Assembly: GCA_965113315.1 (NCBI GenBank)
Contig: OZ220363.1
Reading direction: 5' to 3' (one strand)
Length of the DNA stretch: 64,000 nt
Origin: Podarcis vaucheri
Taxonomy: Eukaryota
Below are positions 1 through 12,700 of this stretch, piece after piece; position 1 is the first letter of the stretch, and each line of letters starts with the position of its first letter. The translations under genes and the position numbers were made by a program. The notes beneath the pieces were generated by a model. It worked only from the letters and a program-made list of their open reading frames with translations. It was not told the origin of the DNA and made no database searches.

Positions 1-70
1 GAAATGAGCGCCACATCCCATAGTCACCTTTGACTGGACTTAACCGTCCAGGAGTACTTTACCTTTACTT
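1..70 (+). mobile_element. 3' end of a Sauria SINE
   Basis: ATGAGCGCC...GACTGGACTTAA...CAGG followed by the (CTTTAC)n tail, as in the copies at 16.5 and 45.3 kb. Confidence 0.7.
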
Positions 71-753
71 AATTATACTCTAATAGCAAAACTGCATTGA
101 GAAGTGAGATGATCGCAAGAGAACAGAGAAGATTTGAAACTTCCTTCCAACACAATTTCTGCTCACAGAAATTCTTTTCTGTGGGAGAGGCTTATCCTGT
201 CTACTTTAGAGTCAGCCACAGATGTGCGAAGAACCTTCCCTTGTCAAGTTGAGAAACAGGTGTTAGTGCAACGTTAAAATTTGCATAATCAGTTTTTACT
301 TAAAAGTGCGAGCATCACAGTCAGACACGTTAGACCTGAAACTCCATGCAATAATGAATATTGTGTCACTTGGATAAGTAGATTAATTTGCTTATTGTGA
401 AGGAAAGCTTGGGAGTTTACAAAATGAAGGCTACCGGAGGCTGTTAGGAAAGCACAGTTCCTTCCTCTGCATCCCAACCCTTATGCACACCAAAGATTTG
501 AAAGCAAAGTATTTTGTCTTCATGAATTCTGATCATAATGACTGTTGAGTTTTGATCCAAACAGCATTGCTTTACAAATGCATCTGTGGTCCTGGGTTGA
601 GGCATTTAAGTTCAGAGGGCAAAAATTTGCCTTAGACCATAGGGCAAGCTCATTCCGGACCAGCTGCCATAACTCGGGGGGGGGGGCTTTCATTTTTGTT
701 TGCCTAGTTTGTGTCTCTGAGTGGCCTCTCTATCTCTTGCAACATCTTTCCAG

Positions 754-886
754 AAAACACACAAAAAACATCTTCCCGATTGGGTAACTCTCAATGTGAT
801 GACTCAGCTGAAGCAGCTGAAAGATTTCAGCTTTGAATTCCTCTTTGGGATCCACAAACGGGTGGAAAAAGCTCGTTTGCAGGGTG
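754..886 (+). CDS. ACP2: ACP2 coding exon (133 bp)
   Basis: ttccag|AAAACA...GGTG|gtaagt; [44 protein letters not shown]. Confidence 0.93.
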
Positions 887-2660
887 GTAAGTGAAAGAAT
901 ATGGAAGGCAGGTTGGGGAGGAGTGGAGGAGCATTCACTCACTGGTCAAGAACTAGGTTCTGATAGTTTGTTCTGTTTCTGCAGGGGTCCTTCTGTCTCA
1001 AATAAGGAAAAACCTTACTCTTGCTGCAAATGCCTCCACACCTCGCCACTTCAAAATGCTAATGTACTCAGCAGTAAGTTTGTTTCTGGGAGCTGTGCTT
1101 GCCTTCTCATTATTACCATCTTGTGAACTAAACAAAAAAAAAAAAACAGCTGCAGCTTCCAGCAGTTTCTCCTGCTCTGTGAAAGGAATAAGCAAATTAG
1201 TACTTCCGTCTCTTTGCAGCAACTACGGATGCTACAAAAAAAACCCAGATGCTCTCACAAGCAACAGAGAACTTTGTCACTTAGCCTCTCCTTGTAGCGC
1301 AGTTCCCAATGTTCCGCTTAGTTTATTTATTTACTTACTAAATGTGTTAGTCACTTTATCTTGTCCAGGGCAACCCAAAGCAACTTACAACCAAACAGGG
1401 TGTTGAAATAGGTGCCAGCCTTTTTTCCACGGCCCTGGAGCCCCTTTCTTAGTCTTCCTACCAGCCCCTTGGGAATCTCTGCCAATCTGCCTTCTTCTGA
1501 AATGTGGTTTTAAGTCCCCTTCCATATGCACAAAGGAGATGTTCACATTTTTCTTCCTCTTTCTCAGCATGACACCACCCTTGTGGCACTGCAGATGGCT
1601 CTGGATGTTTACAGCGGGAGGCAACCACCATATGCCTCGTGTCATATATTTGAGCTGTATCAGGAGGATGATGGGTGAGGGCTTCATGAAGCATATCAAT
1701 CAAAGGAAATGGTATTCAGAGGCAATAATCTATCAGCCTGCTGTACCTTAACTTTTGTCCACATATTCACGGGAGATGAAATGAAGTAAAAGTAAGACTT
1801 GCAATCTTAAGATGAAGAAGGGTTTATACTTCTCTCCCCTGTGGTGATGGAGTTACCAGTGAATATATTAGTAAAGCCTTACGTCTGATATGACTGTGAT
1901 AGAATTACAAGAAGGAATATCAACAGTACTTTTATGCATCTCTGAATTTGAGAACACCTGACAAAGCACATATAGTATATTCCTGTTAACAGTCCTGTTT
2001 GTAACCCAAGGTACCACTGTACTTTTATGAGTTATTTGTAACTAACATCCAGTTTAATTTTTAGTTTTTGCCCCTTGCTCAAAAACAAGGAGGGACAACC
2101 CAGCATTTGTTAATTTCTAGCATTCCTCATGCATCTTAGGGTGGAAGGGGGTTGTACGATGATTCAGGGCTTGATTCCAGTAGAAAACATGATATGAAGA
2201 TGGACGGCAAATAATCAGAATCTCAGTTCCTCTCTTCCCTGTTTTGCTCCTAGTAACTTTTCAGTGGAGATGTTCTTTCGGAATGAGAGTGGGAAGGAGC
2301 CTTACCCAGTGCAGCTGCCTGGCTGTGCACAGCGTTGTCCCCTGCTGAATTTCCTGCAACTCACTGAGCCTGTTACTCCACAGGACTGGAAACAAGAATG
2401 TCAGATAGCAAGCACCATGAAAGACACAGGTGAGTGGAGGCTGTTCCAGTAGATAAGCCAAAGAAGGACTGAAGTGATTTCAAGTGCCATAAGCATATTT
2501 TTTTCCCACTTCACCCTCTGCAGAACTTATTGTGGTTTTGGCTGTCTGTGGATCCATCCTCTTCCTGCTTATTATCCTGCTCCTGACAGTACTCTTCCGT
2601 TCCAAGTCCCAGCCTCCTGGCTACCGGCACGTTTCCAATGAAGGAGAGGAACAGCCTTGA
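754..2660 (+). CDS. ACP2: Lysosomal acid phosphatase, 3' part; exons 754-886, 985-1073, 1568-1674, 2254-2429, 2524-2660; 5' exons lie upstream of the window
   Basis: Spliced translation [10 protein letters not shown]...[19 protein letters not shown]...[20 protein letters not shown]...[20 protein letters not shown]...[19 protein letters not shown]...[15 protein letters not shown]. All introns GT-AG with matching phases. Catalytic HD motif, TM helix and GYRHV lysosomal signal present. Confidence 0.96.
985..1073 (+). CDS. ACP2: ACP2 coding exon (89 bp)
   Basis: ctgcag|GGGTCC...TCAGCA|gtaagt; (G)[29 protein letters not shown]. Confidence 0.93.
1568..1674 (+). CDS. ACP2: ACP2 coding exon with catalytic HD motif (107 bp)
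   Basis: tctcag|CATGAC...GATGG|gtgagg; [35 protein letters not shown](G). Confidence 0.95.
2254..2429 (+). CDS. ACP2: ACP2 penultimate coding exon (176 bp)
   Basis: tcctag|TAACTT...ACAG|gtgagt; [58 protein letters not shown]. Confidence 0.95.
2524..2660 (+). CDS. ACP2: ACP2 last coding exon: TM helix and cytoplasmic tail
   Basis: ctgcag|AACTT...; [47 protein letters not shown] at 2658-2660. Confidence 0.95.
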
Positions 2661-4271
2661 CATTTGCTCCAGCCCCTCCTGAGGCAGCAGGAGAGCACGG
2701 TGCTGACTCTAGAGACAAGAGGGGCTTCTTTCAGTGACTAAGGGTCTTCTTCCTTTGTCCTGATTGCTGCTTCTAAGCCAAAAGGCCCAGACTCTGTAGT
2801 GGAGCTGTTGTGACTATCGATGCAGTCGAGCTGCCAAGCGAATAATACCGTCATGAACTAGGAGTGAAATGCAAGCATGATTTGGGGTTGCTGTTTGCCA
2901 GTACGCGATTGGTTCTATCAAGGACCCCGGTCTTGCTTCTTTTGAACCCAATATGCTGAAGTCTCTGCTACTGGTGCAGAATGGGCAGCCTTCCCAACTG
3001 AAACCTGCTGCTCCTCAGAAAGCCTTGCTTCCACCTGGCGGTTGTTACTTGAACCTCCCTGAACTGTGGGAAAGGGGCCTGGTGCTATAACTGCCTTCTC
3101 CAGCTGAGTTATTACCTGGGAATCAAACCACTGCCTCTCTGTCTTACGTACTTGGCTCTTAGCCACAGGGTCCATACAGAAGGATAAGGTTGGGGCTGGA
3201 CCCAATCTTATATAACAGAGGAAAAAACGACTTTCTCAAAAGCAGCCTTCTTCCCATTTGTCACTGACTACAGAAATTCAGTAAGTGGAACGCAGTACAC
3301 TTCCTCTGTCTCCCCACTATTTTCAGCCTCAACGTATTCTTACAAAGCAGTGCAGCCTTGTGTTTAGTGGGAAGTGAACTAGTGGAATTTAGAAGTGCTT
3401 ATTAGCAAAGGCCTGGCTACAATCATTCTTTAAATGCCCTATATTCTGGACCAGCAGAGATTCAAAGAAAATCTGCTGTTTTAAAAACAAAGGTAAGTCT
3501 CTGAGGCAGAAAAAGTAGCTAAGTATGTTGCCCTATAGAAAGAATCTTTGTGTATCAAGTGTAGCATGAGAATTTCACAGTAAGGATCTGCACTTTTGTG
3601 GAAAATCCTCCTATCATGCCACACTTTATATACATATTCTTTCTAATACATCTTCAAGCACTTTCTCATCATGCATGTTATATCTGACATGCAAAGAACA
3701 CAAAAATAAGCATCTCTGCTGTTCTAAAAACACAAAGAAATTAAGAACACTCACAGCTGCACACAAATGTCTTGGGTACAAACAAGAAGAGAAAAAGTGA
3801 GCCTAGACCCAGTCTTGAACAGAAGTGCTTCTGAGCATATACAGAATGTGTTTCCTTCATGCTTGAAAAACTACAGCTTACCTGCTCTCTAAATACACTA
3901 AGGAATAAGAGTCCAGGCATGATTGCAAACACAGGCATGAGTTCCCCAGCATACTTTGCAATCAAATAACACAGTCCTCCTCTCCAAAAAACTGAACACA
4001 CTCTTTGCTTTTCTCTCCTCCCTGCTGCTTCCCATCTCCTTTCAGACATAGCTCCTCAAAACAAGAAACCAGTGTTCTCTCTGCACATTTCTCTGTCCTG
4101 CTCCCATAGGCAAGAAAGCCTCATTCCTTCGTCTTCACCCAGGGCTCAGTCCAGGAAATCTGAGGCCAAATCCAGAAAACAGAGTCTGTCCTTTCCCTCC
4201 TTAAAAGTAGCCCATGCTGGTTTTTCTCCCCACCTTTCCCAAGTGCAGCAACTGAATTCTTTAGAAAAGAA

Positions 4272-4757
4272 GTATAGTGCCCAGATCAAGGGAAATAATA
4301 TTCTGCCTTAGTCATACCACACCTGGAGTGCTGTGTCCAGTTCTGGGCACTACAATTTAAGAAGGATATTGACAAGCAGCAACATATGCAGAGGAAGGTG
4401 ACCAAGATGATCAAGGGATGAGAGGAGATACGGTAGCCATCTTCAAATATCTAAAGGGCTGTCCCATGGAAGATGGAACAGTCTTGTTCTCTCCTGCTCC
4501 AGAGTGTAGGACCAGAACCAATGGATTCAAGTGACATGAAAGAAGATTCCAGCTAAACAACCAGAACTTTCTGACAGCAAGAGCTGTTCAACAGTGGAAC
4601 AAACTTGCTCAGAAGGTGCACCTTCCTTGGAGGTTGTTAAGCAGATGTTGAATGGTCATCTGTTATGGATGCTTTGGTTGAGATTCCTGCATTGCAGGGG
4701 GTTGGACTAGATGACCCTCAGAGTCCCTTCCAACTCTACAATTTTATGATTCTATGA
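4272..4757 (+). mobile_element. CR1 LINE 3' fragment
   Basis: CACCTGGAG..TGTGTCCAGTTCTGGGCAC remnant; ends GGTTGGACTAGATGACC...CCCTTCCAACTCTACAATTTTATGATTCTATGA, the CR1 (ATTCTATG)n tail. Confidence 0.85.
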
Positions 4758-5237
4758 ACCTGCATATATTGCATACGTCTGGCAACACGTCATGCAATAT
4801 AATTCTGCAAAAAAGGGGGGGGGGAATGGCCAACTCGGTTTGCAGCTGTCAGCATCTATAGTTTCCCCATTGCTGATCACCCAACTGCATGGCACGGTTC
4901 CTGCAGGGCAGGATGCAAACACAGAGGCAAATGAAGTCCAGCACAATTGGTTGATTACTATTACATGTATTTCCTGCAAGCCAGGTAAAAAATCAAGAGG
5001 GGCAAGATTTAAAGTTGTCTGCTTTGGTACAAATTGAGGGCATAAAAGGTTTCTGTGATTTATTGTTTGAGTACCTGATTGTTGTCTTTGTAATTCACTT
5101 GGATAATTTTCTTAGCCTCCCCCTCCCCCCCCCCCAATTAAAAACCAAGTGGAGAAAATCAAGACTGGACTCTTGTTCTTTCTTCCTCTGAGCAGGTTTT
5201 AGAGCTGGACCAAAAGGGGGGGAGGGTGCAATTGCAA

Positions 5238-5243
5238 AATAAA
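5238..5243 (+). terminator. Candidate ACP2 polyadenylation signal AATAAA
   Basis: First canonical hexamer noticed downstream of the ACP2 stop; would imply a 3'UTR of about 2.6 kb; unverified. Confidence 0.3.
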
Positions 5244-5864
5244 TCTTTTTGCATCATGGATCCTAGTGAGAAAACATTTCACCCCAAGGGAAAACCTGCC
5301 TTTATGAAAGTTGTCTGTATATACTACACTTTATTTTACTGTTTCTTTATGTAAATTGATGTATTTATAGGAGTGAGTTTATAGGGTTCCACCTACTCTG
5401 CGCATTTATATCTGGTGTGCAGTTGGAACATCTTGAAACTGCTTCTTTTTAAGGAATCAAACTTGAGCATATAGAAGTAGAAGCAGGGGAGGAGATTATG
5501 AGGTGAGTTGAGCAGATTTTCAACCAAGTTTGCAAAGATGGGGCTCCTGAACCTTTTTCTTCCTACTATGGTTATTATTCTTTGATTCCTGCCCAATAAC
5601 ACTTCTTTTGTTCCATAGCTCTTACCAGAGGATGGGGGAGGAGGGAGTCAAGATCTAAAAGGCCTGGTTCTTGAAAGCAAAATTATGCAAAGTTACTGAA
5701 ACTTGCATAATTCATTCTATGCACAGAACTTTAGTTTATTTGGGATAAAGTTTGTAAAGCTCCTCGTATCTGGTCTTTGGATATGCCTACTTCCTAGTTC
5801 TTTTTCTTCTTAGGGAGCAGTTCAGCTTCTCAGGCATTACCAAAAAAAATGTTCCATACAAAAC

Positions 5865-5870
5865 TTTATT
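5865..5870 (-). terminator. Probable DDB2 polyadenylation signal AATAAA
   Basis: TTTATT on + strand about 630 nt past the DDB2 stop, followed on the minus strand by T/GT-rich sequence. Confidence 0.55.
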
Positions 5871-6495
5871 GAATATATCTCAATTTTGTAAATGAGGTGA
5901 ACAAAACAAAATCCCAATAGCAACTGCTGCAATATGAAACCCAAGCCACCTGCCTTAGTCTCAAACAGCCTCTCCACGAAGTCTGTACTTCTATACCTAG
6001 GCCACAAGCAGTTTATCAATCAAATAAGTGCTTCTAGCTTAACAGTTGCCTCACAACATACCTGTTTTGAGGAAGCAGTGCTGGGAAAGAACCCTTGAGA
6101 AAGGAAATTCTCACATTTTGAACTGGCATGGGAAGACAAACCCAGGTTGCTCAATACACTGGAAGGGGAAATAGTGTGTTCTGAAAATGCAAACTGAACT
6201 GTCAGCATAGCCCCGTTCTCTGCATTGTGCCATGTCCCAGACAGTTAAAAATCTGCAAGTGTGCACAAATATGGTGCTCCTTTAATTGGGTCAAATGCAT
6301 GTGAGTATTGAGCGTGGACCCACTCTTTGCTCTTAATAAAGGATTTTGAAACATACCACCCGTGATCCAGCAACATAACATCCATGATCCAGAGAAGCTG
6401 GGTTAGGGTAAGGGCTTGCTTCTCTCTGAAGCCACCATTGCCTACCATGCCTGCACAGGCTTTGCTCTAAATGAACACCACATATGCTTGCCTGA

Positions 6496-6752
6496 TCAGT
6501 CCTCTGAATATTTTCCTCTCTTCTTCTTCTCTTGTAATTTATGCTCTTTGCCCTTTGTTTTGGTGCTCTCTAATTCAAGACTAAATAGTTTAGTTTTAAG
6601 TTTGCTTGCTCCTGTGGTTGATTGTCTTTGGTTCTGTGTCCCCAGTCGAGATAAGCGTCTGCATCTCATTCCCTGCTCTGTCATGGACTGCATGAGACAC
6701 TCCTGATTCTGGGTTACCATTTCCTCCCGACTCCAGACCAGAATATTAAAAC
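6496..6752 (-). CDS. DDB2: DDB2 last coding exon with basic C-terminal extension
   Basis: tggcag|GTTTTA...; [19 protein letters not shown]...SKLKTKL...[11 protein letters not shown], stop ending at 6496. Confidence 0.93.
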
Positions 6753-9700
6753 CTGCCAGAAAAAAAAGTGACAATTTTAGGAATTCTGCTTTGGAAAGCA
6801 AAATAAAAAGTACATTCTAAGAGCTCTGACCATCACCAGCGAAAATAAAGGAATTGTTCACATGATGCTGATACAAATGCTTTGCTCATATACTATGCAA
6901 AAGAATGAAACTTTACTATCTCTCCTCTTACCCCCATCTCTCTTCCCACTTTCTTTCCCGCCAAACCCCTATTGCCTGTAACAGTAATGTCTCACTCTGA
7001 ATGTGACTGGCCTGTATGAAGAAATATCTGACTTGAAAACAGAGACTCTCTATGTACTATTGTTACCCAAGTACATATTTTAAATGATGATGATAATAAT
7101 ACACCCAAGAGCTCAGACATTGTCTGCCAGACCTGTTTACTTCCCAGCTACTAAGGTTTAATGGAGTGATTGGCTTTTGATGTTAGATCTACAAAGTCTC
7201 ATTACAGGAACAGAATCCAAAGTAGTAGCTAATAATCGGGTATATCAGTAATTCATCTTTCCCAACACTTAACAGTACCTGTAAGTGAGACAGGTATGCC
7301 TGAGTATTTTTTTTATTTCATATTTTCAAACACCTCTTAACACTTTATAAACCTCTTTAACACTTAAGACAGTTTCTTAGTGGTTTATAAAATTGTGTGT
7401 GTGTATGTGCCCCTGCAATTATGTGTAGTATTTATATGGAGAGCGAGAGAGAGCAGACAAGGAAACTGAGAAACAACATTAAAATACAATACAATAAAAT
7501 CCCCCAAAACAAACACACAAAGTGGCAAATTATAAAAGCATCTTAAGAATCAATTATCCCTTCCCCCTTCCTTGACTCACAATATACAGCATTCATCTCA
7601 ATGACACACACACATTACATCCGAATTCTGTCTTACATCCACTCAAATCATACATCTGCTGCTCATTCAGTATCACTCATTCCATTCTATTCTCACACAT
7701 CCACCCGCTCACACACACAATCCACACACTAACTCCCACAGTATCTCCCACTCAGTCACTAGTCATCATCACCAATCACACTGTGCACTCAGCTAAAAAC
7801 GTACTGCAAAAACACCAGAAGACAATGAAGCTATAGCCTGACTGAATCGTAGAAAATAACAAAACTAACTGCAACCCATTAATCACACAGATTTACTGCT
7901 CCTAACAGCAATCTGCCTGTCACTCAGGTTGCTGCCTCCCACCCAAGATTCCCCCCACGCCTCCTTTCTTCTCGCCAAGGAATCCTGATACGCCATTTAC
8001 TTATCACCTGGTGTTTCTCCCCTGTCCCTTGCTCTCTTGCATGCCTTTATGATGTTGCCAAATTAACTCCAAGCAAGGAAGGGTCCACTTAAGATATGAA
8101 GCAGACTGCTGGAAACTAGCAAAAGTGTACAGGTTCAGTCCACAATCCTTGGTACAGACAAAGGCACTGGTATACTGGTACTGCTAAAAGGTTTATTTGT
8201 CCCAGGTGCTAGGTAAATTTACTTAAAGAATCCATATAACTGCCAAGGCTAATTTATTATGGGCCTTCTGTCTTTTGCATTACTGCCTAAAAGGCCACTA
8301 GATGGCAGCAGTACTCTCCTTTCAATAGACTGTTCCACCCTATCATTTCTAAGCTAAAGAACAAAGTAGTCAAGGGTCAAAATACCGTATTTTTCCGTGT
8401 ATAAGACGATGCTTTTTGTTGTTTTTTAAAAAAGGCAAAAATTGGGTGTCAGCTTATACATAGATAATGAATGCAGAGGGGGGACATGTGATTAATGGCA
8501 GCAGCAAGCAGGAGATTGGCAGCGGTGATTGGTGGTTGTGGCAAGGCCTGCTGGCGATTAGCTGCAGCAATTGGGCAGGCAATCAGTGGCTGTGGCGAGG
8601 CGGGTAGGCAATTGGCGGCTACAGCAAGTGGGCGGGTGGGCTGTTGGCGGCTGCGAGCAGGCAGACAATTGGCGGCTGCAGTGAGGTGTGTGATCGGCAG
8701 TGACTGTGGCAAGCGATCGGCAGTGGCGGGCAGGCGGGCGAACGATTGGCAGGAGTGACCTCCCCCACCCCCCAAAAAAGCTAAATAACTTAATTTCTTA
8801 ATTAAGTGTGTATCTGAAGAAGTGTGCATGCACACGAAAGCTCATACCAAGAACTAACTTAGTTGGTCTTTAAGGTGCTACTGGAAGGGATTTTTTTATT
8901 TTAATTGCTTAATTTTGGGTTAAAAAAAAATAGGGGTCGTCTTATACATGGGGGGCATCTTATACATGGAAAAATACGGTAGGTGTGACTGTGACAGCAA
9001 GAGATTGCATGTGGAAAGACACAAAACTGGCCCGTTCACATGCTAAGCAGGGACTGGTATCTTTAGCAGCAAAAGGATCCCACAGGAATGGGGTGATGAA
9101 CTCTCCTCAACCTCATATTTTCTCTGTTTCTGGCTTGCTTCTGGTAACAAAGCCAAGAAGGTGGCTGGAAGGTAAGGCATGGGAAAGGTTCTGCACCACT
9201 CGCTCTTGTGCTTTTATTGTTAAAGCACCACTCATTCTTCTGTGTATGTAAACAGTCTTAAAATACAACTTTTGTAGTTGTTGAGGAAAGGTAGGATAAA
9301 AATGTCCCAAATGAACATCTAGAAAGTGTTATAGGTATAGCCACAAAATCCCACCCCATTGTCAGCATGCTTTTATCTGGAGAGTGCCTGATTGCTTTTA
9401 TCTGGTGAGAACAGTGGTCCATTATCAAATGTGTAAGATTAAACCAACCACTCACCCATTCCAGAAGCCAGGGTGTCTCCCATAGGGTTAAACTTATTGA
9501 GCTGCAAATGTAAACACAATAATGCATTGTAACCACGTCGGTTGTTCACTTAACATCATCAATCAAATAAAAAACACCAGAACATTCTGGACAGAGAAAT
9601 GCCCAGCACTGGATGTGGAAAGAGTTTTGCACAAATCAGCAGAGCTTTGAATAGAAGGTCTCTCCATCTCCCACCTATCAGTCTATCACGAGATGCGTAT

Positions 9701-12700
9701 GGTGACAAGAAGCAAAGGATTAAAAAGATTTTTTAAAGCCTCCTGCAGAAAATTAACTGACAGATCTAACCAGGAGCCTCAGTAAGTGGCTCTCATGAAA
9801 TCTGGCTTAGGAAGAGGCAGCTCTGGCAACAGGAGATAAAACGTTTCTTCCACCACAAGAATGGAAATGAATCTCTGCCTCAGAAACTGCATGGGCGCAC
9901 AATTAAGATGGATTTTTTAAAAAAAAATCAGGGCTCTGATTTCAATTCTGAACATCTGGTGTGGAAATAAACAACTCAGGTATTCTTTCCCACAGCCCAC
10001 ACACCAAATGAATTGACATGAACTTTGTTTATTGAAGTTTGGAGACAGCTGTGCATCTCCTCATTTCTAGAGTTTAAGAAACGAAAGGCATGCCTCTGGA
10101 GGAAAGGGTGGGGCTATTACAGTAGTCTGTCCAGGCATTCAGTGGAAAGGCTGGAATTTGCAACATTGCAAATGGCTAGTTCAGCAGCTCTTTAAAAAAA
10201 GAACAGCTAAGAAAACCTAAAAAATACAAATGTCTCTGCTACAGTTCACAAACACATTCATCAGTGGCAACGACAAAAAACTGATTCTGATGATCTTGAC
10301 CCTGCAGAAAGTGGAAGGTGCCTCTTCCTCCCTGAGGTCTCCACACAATGTAGAAACTCTGACAGCTCTCACACTTCTTGCTGGTCAAGAGAGACACATC
10401 AAATGCATAGACACACAATCATAGAATTGTAGAGTTGGAAGGGACCACCAAGGTCATCTGTTCCAAGCCCCTGCAATGCAGGAATCTTTTGCCAAACATA
10501 GGGCTTGAACCCACCACCCTGAGATTAAGATTCTCCACCGACTGACCATACCTAAGTCATCCCACATGTACAGAAAACTCTGGGGTGGGGAAGGGGTCTC
10601 ATCTCTGACCTTACACCATGCTTTGGATGATTCAGTAGCAGCAAGAAGTCTTGTTGCTGCCAAAGATCTCCCAGGTGCAACATGGGGTCAGAAGTGAGAC
10701 ACAGAGGAAGGTCAGAGTAATGGAAACCACAGGTGCTGGCTACCAAGACAAGCTAAAATGTGTGAAGCCATGGCCACATCCAGTACAACAGAGCAGTCCA
10801 GGTTTCAGAGGATATCTCTCCATTAGGCACTAGTGGTCCTACCAAAAAGTGGTAACACAGGGCCTCCCCACCCAAGTGAACTCCTGCTGTGAATATGTCT
10901 GTCCTTAAAAAAGAGCTGTGTGAGCTATTCTTAAGGAGAAGCGCTGTATTGGAGGCAAACATTTGTCACAAGCAAACCCATCAATCAGTTGCACCATATA
11001 AGAAAAGAAATTATTATTTCCCTAACCCTCTCACTTTTGGGGGGCTGGGGCACAGTAGCTCTTTGGACATGCTATCTACACTTACCGAGATAATTCCAGA
11101 TGCATTTGGATCGTGCAGTTGGCACACCATCTCCCCACTGTTTCCATCAAATATGTCAATGGTTCTCAACTCGCCCACTGTGTAGCTTGGGAACCTAGGG
11201 TCTGGGTAACGACCCACCACAATGAGGTCATAGCGAGGATGCCATGTTGCCTAAAATAAAGAAGAGATGGTTAAGCTAGGTCAGTGCTAAACTGATATGT
11301 GTTACAGAGGACTAGGATGACGATGACGATGACAACAACAGTCTTATCAAGTGCTTATCAAGTGCTGGCGTTCTGTGGGTCATCCAGATTCAGCTCGTAC
11401 CCCTCACATGGGAGTAAACAAACTGCAGACCTTTCAAGGTATCATAATGTAGCAACATAATTTCCATAGGTTCTTACTAACCCTACCACTTGGAACTTGT
11501 GTACAAATCTAGGGAGATGTTCTGATTACAACTAAGTGCCACTGCCCTAGGATTCCTTCTGCCCAACCCTGCCACCAATAATGGTTGCTGTCACTGTAGA
11601 TTCCAGTCTAAGGTTGTATACTGGAATGCTTATTTATATAGATTCATAATCAGAAGCAGAATGAACCACTCTCCTCAATATCCTATACTTGAATCTATAC
11701 ATATAGAAAGAGCCTGTCCATAAGGCTCCCAGCAATTTTCCATACAGGAGTTGTAGGATGCTTTTCTTCTTAACTCTCTGCTCTCTGCATCAAATGGGTC
11801 ACGCTTCCAAGTCAACACTCCTATTTCTTCACCTTGATGGGTGTAAGGTGCTGGAACTGCCGATGGGGGTGTGAAATCAGATGCTGGGGTTTGGACCAAT
11901 CAGAAGAGGAATAGACCCGGATTTCATTGTACTGGTCAGTACTCAGTAGCTTAGCCCCATCCGTTGGGCTGAAATATGCTGGGGAGGAGGGGGAGAAAAC
12001 AGGAATATGTATAAATGTATGTAAATTTATAACAATAACAAAATAAATTATCAATGAAATATTATATTTATATATTATATTTGCAGCTATGATTACTATC
12101 TCACTATGCATATTATTACTATTATTAGTCCTGTAGAAGAATTATAATAAATGTGTAATTGTTGAGTGATGTCTCTTCTAAAACAAATAAGAGCAACATT
12201 TGAATATGTCCTAAACAGCACCAGTTAGAGACATAACTAGAATGTAATACGCAATCTTATCAGAGAACAAAATGCTGAATTTCCACCAAAATCAACCAAA
12301 CTATCTGCATAAATCCTTAAGTACCACTGATTTCAGTAGGTTATCGGTCTCTAAATTCAGTTTCCTTGGACTTAATTAAATAAATTCACACTGACTTCAC
12401 TTTTAGCTTTACCACACACTTTTTAAACAAGACTGAAAATGTGAAATGACAATTGCAGAATTTGGGGAGGCAGGGACTGGTTTAGAATTCAGTGATTTTG
12501 AAGTAACATTTAATATAAATCTTGAATATTGCACTTGGATATTTGAAATACATAGTGTGGCCTAAACATCTCAAGTTTTATTTGGAATCTTTTTCAGATG
12601 CCCAAATACTGATTGCAAGTAAATGGCCTAATCAAAGACCTCCTATGTTGAAGGATAGGGAAATTATTACTATGATTTGGAATTTGGCTGAAAGATGTGC

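Noticed and set aside
8449-8835. 128-aa and 87-aa repetitive ORFs; superficially CRISPR-like repeats
   Set aside because: They are translations of a degenerate tandem repeat inside a MITE. There are no unique spacers and the context is vertebrate.
10500-10550. tRNA-Lys gene
   Set aside because: It has deletions and mismatches and is fused to a CR1 tail; this is a SINE head, not a tRNA.
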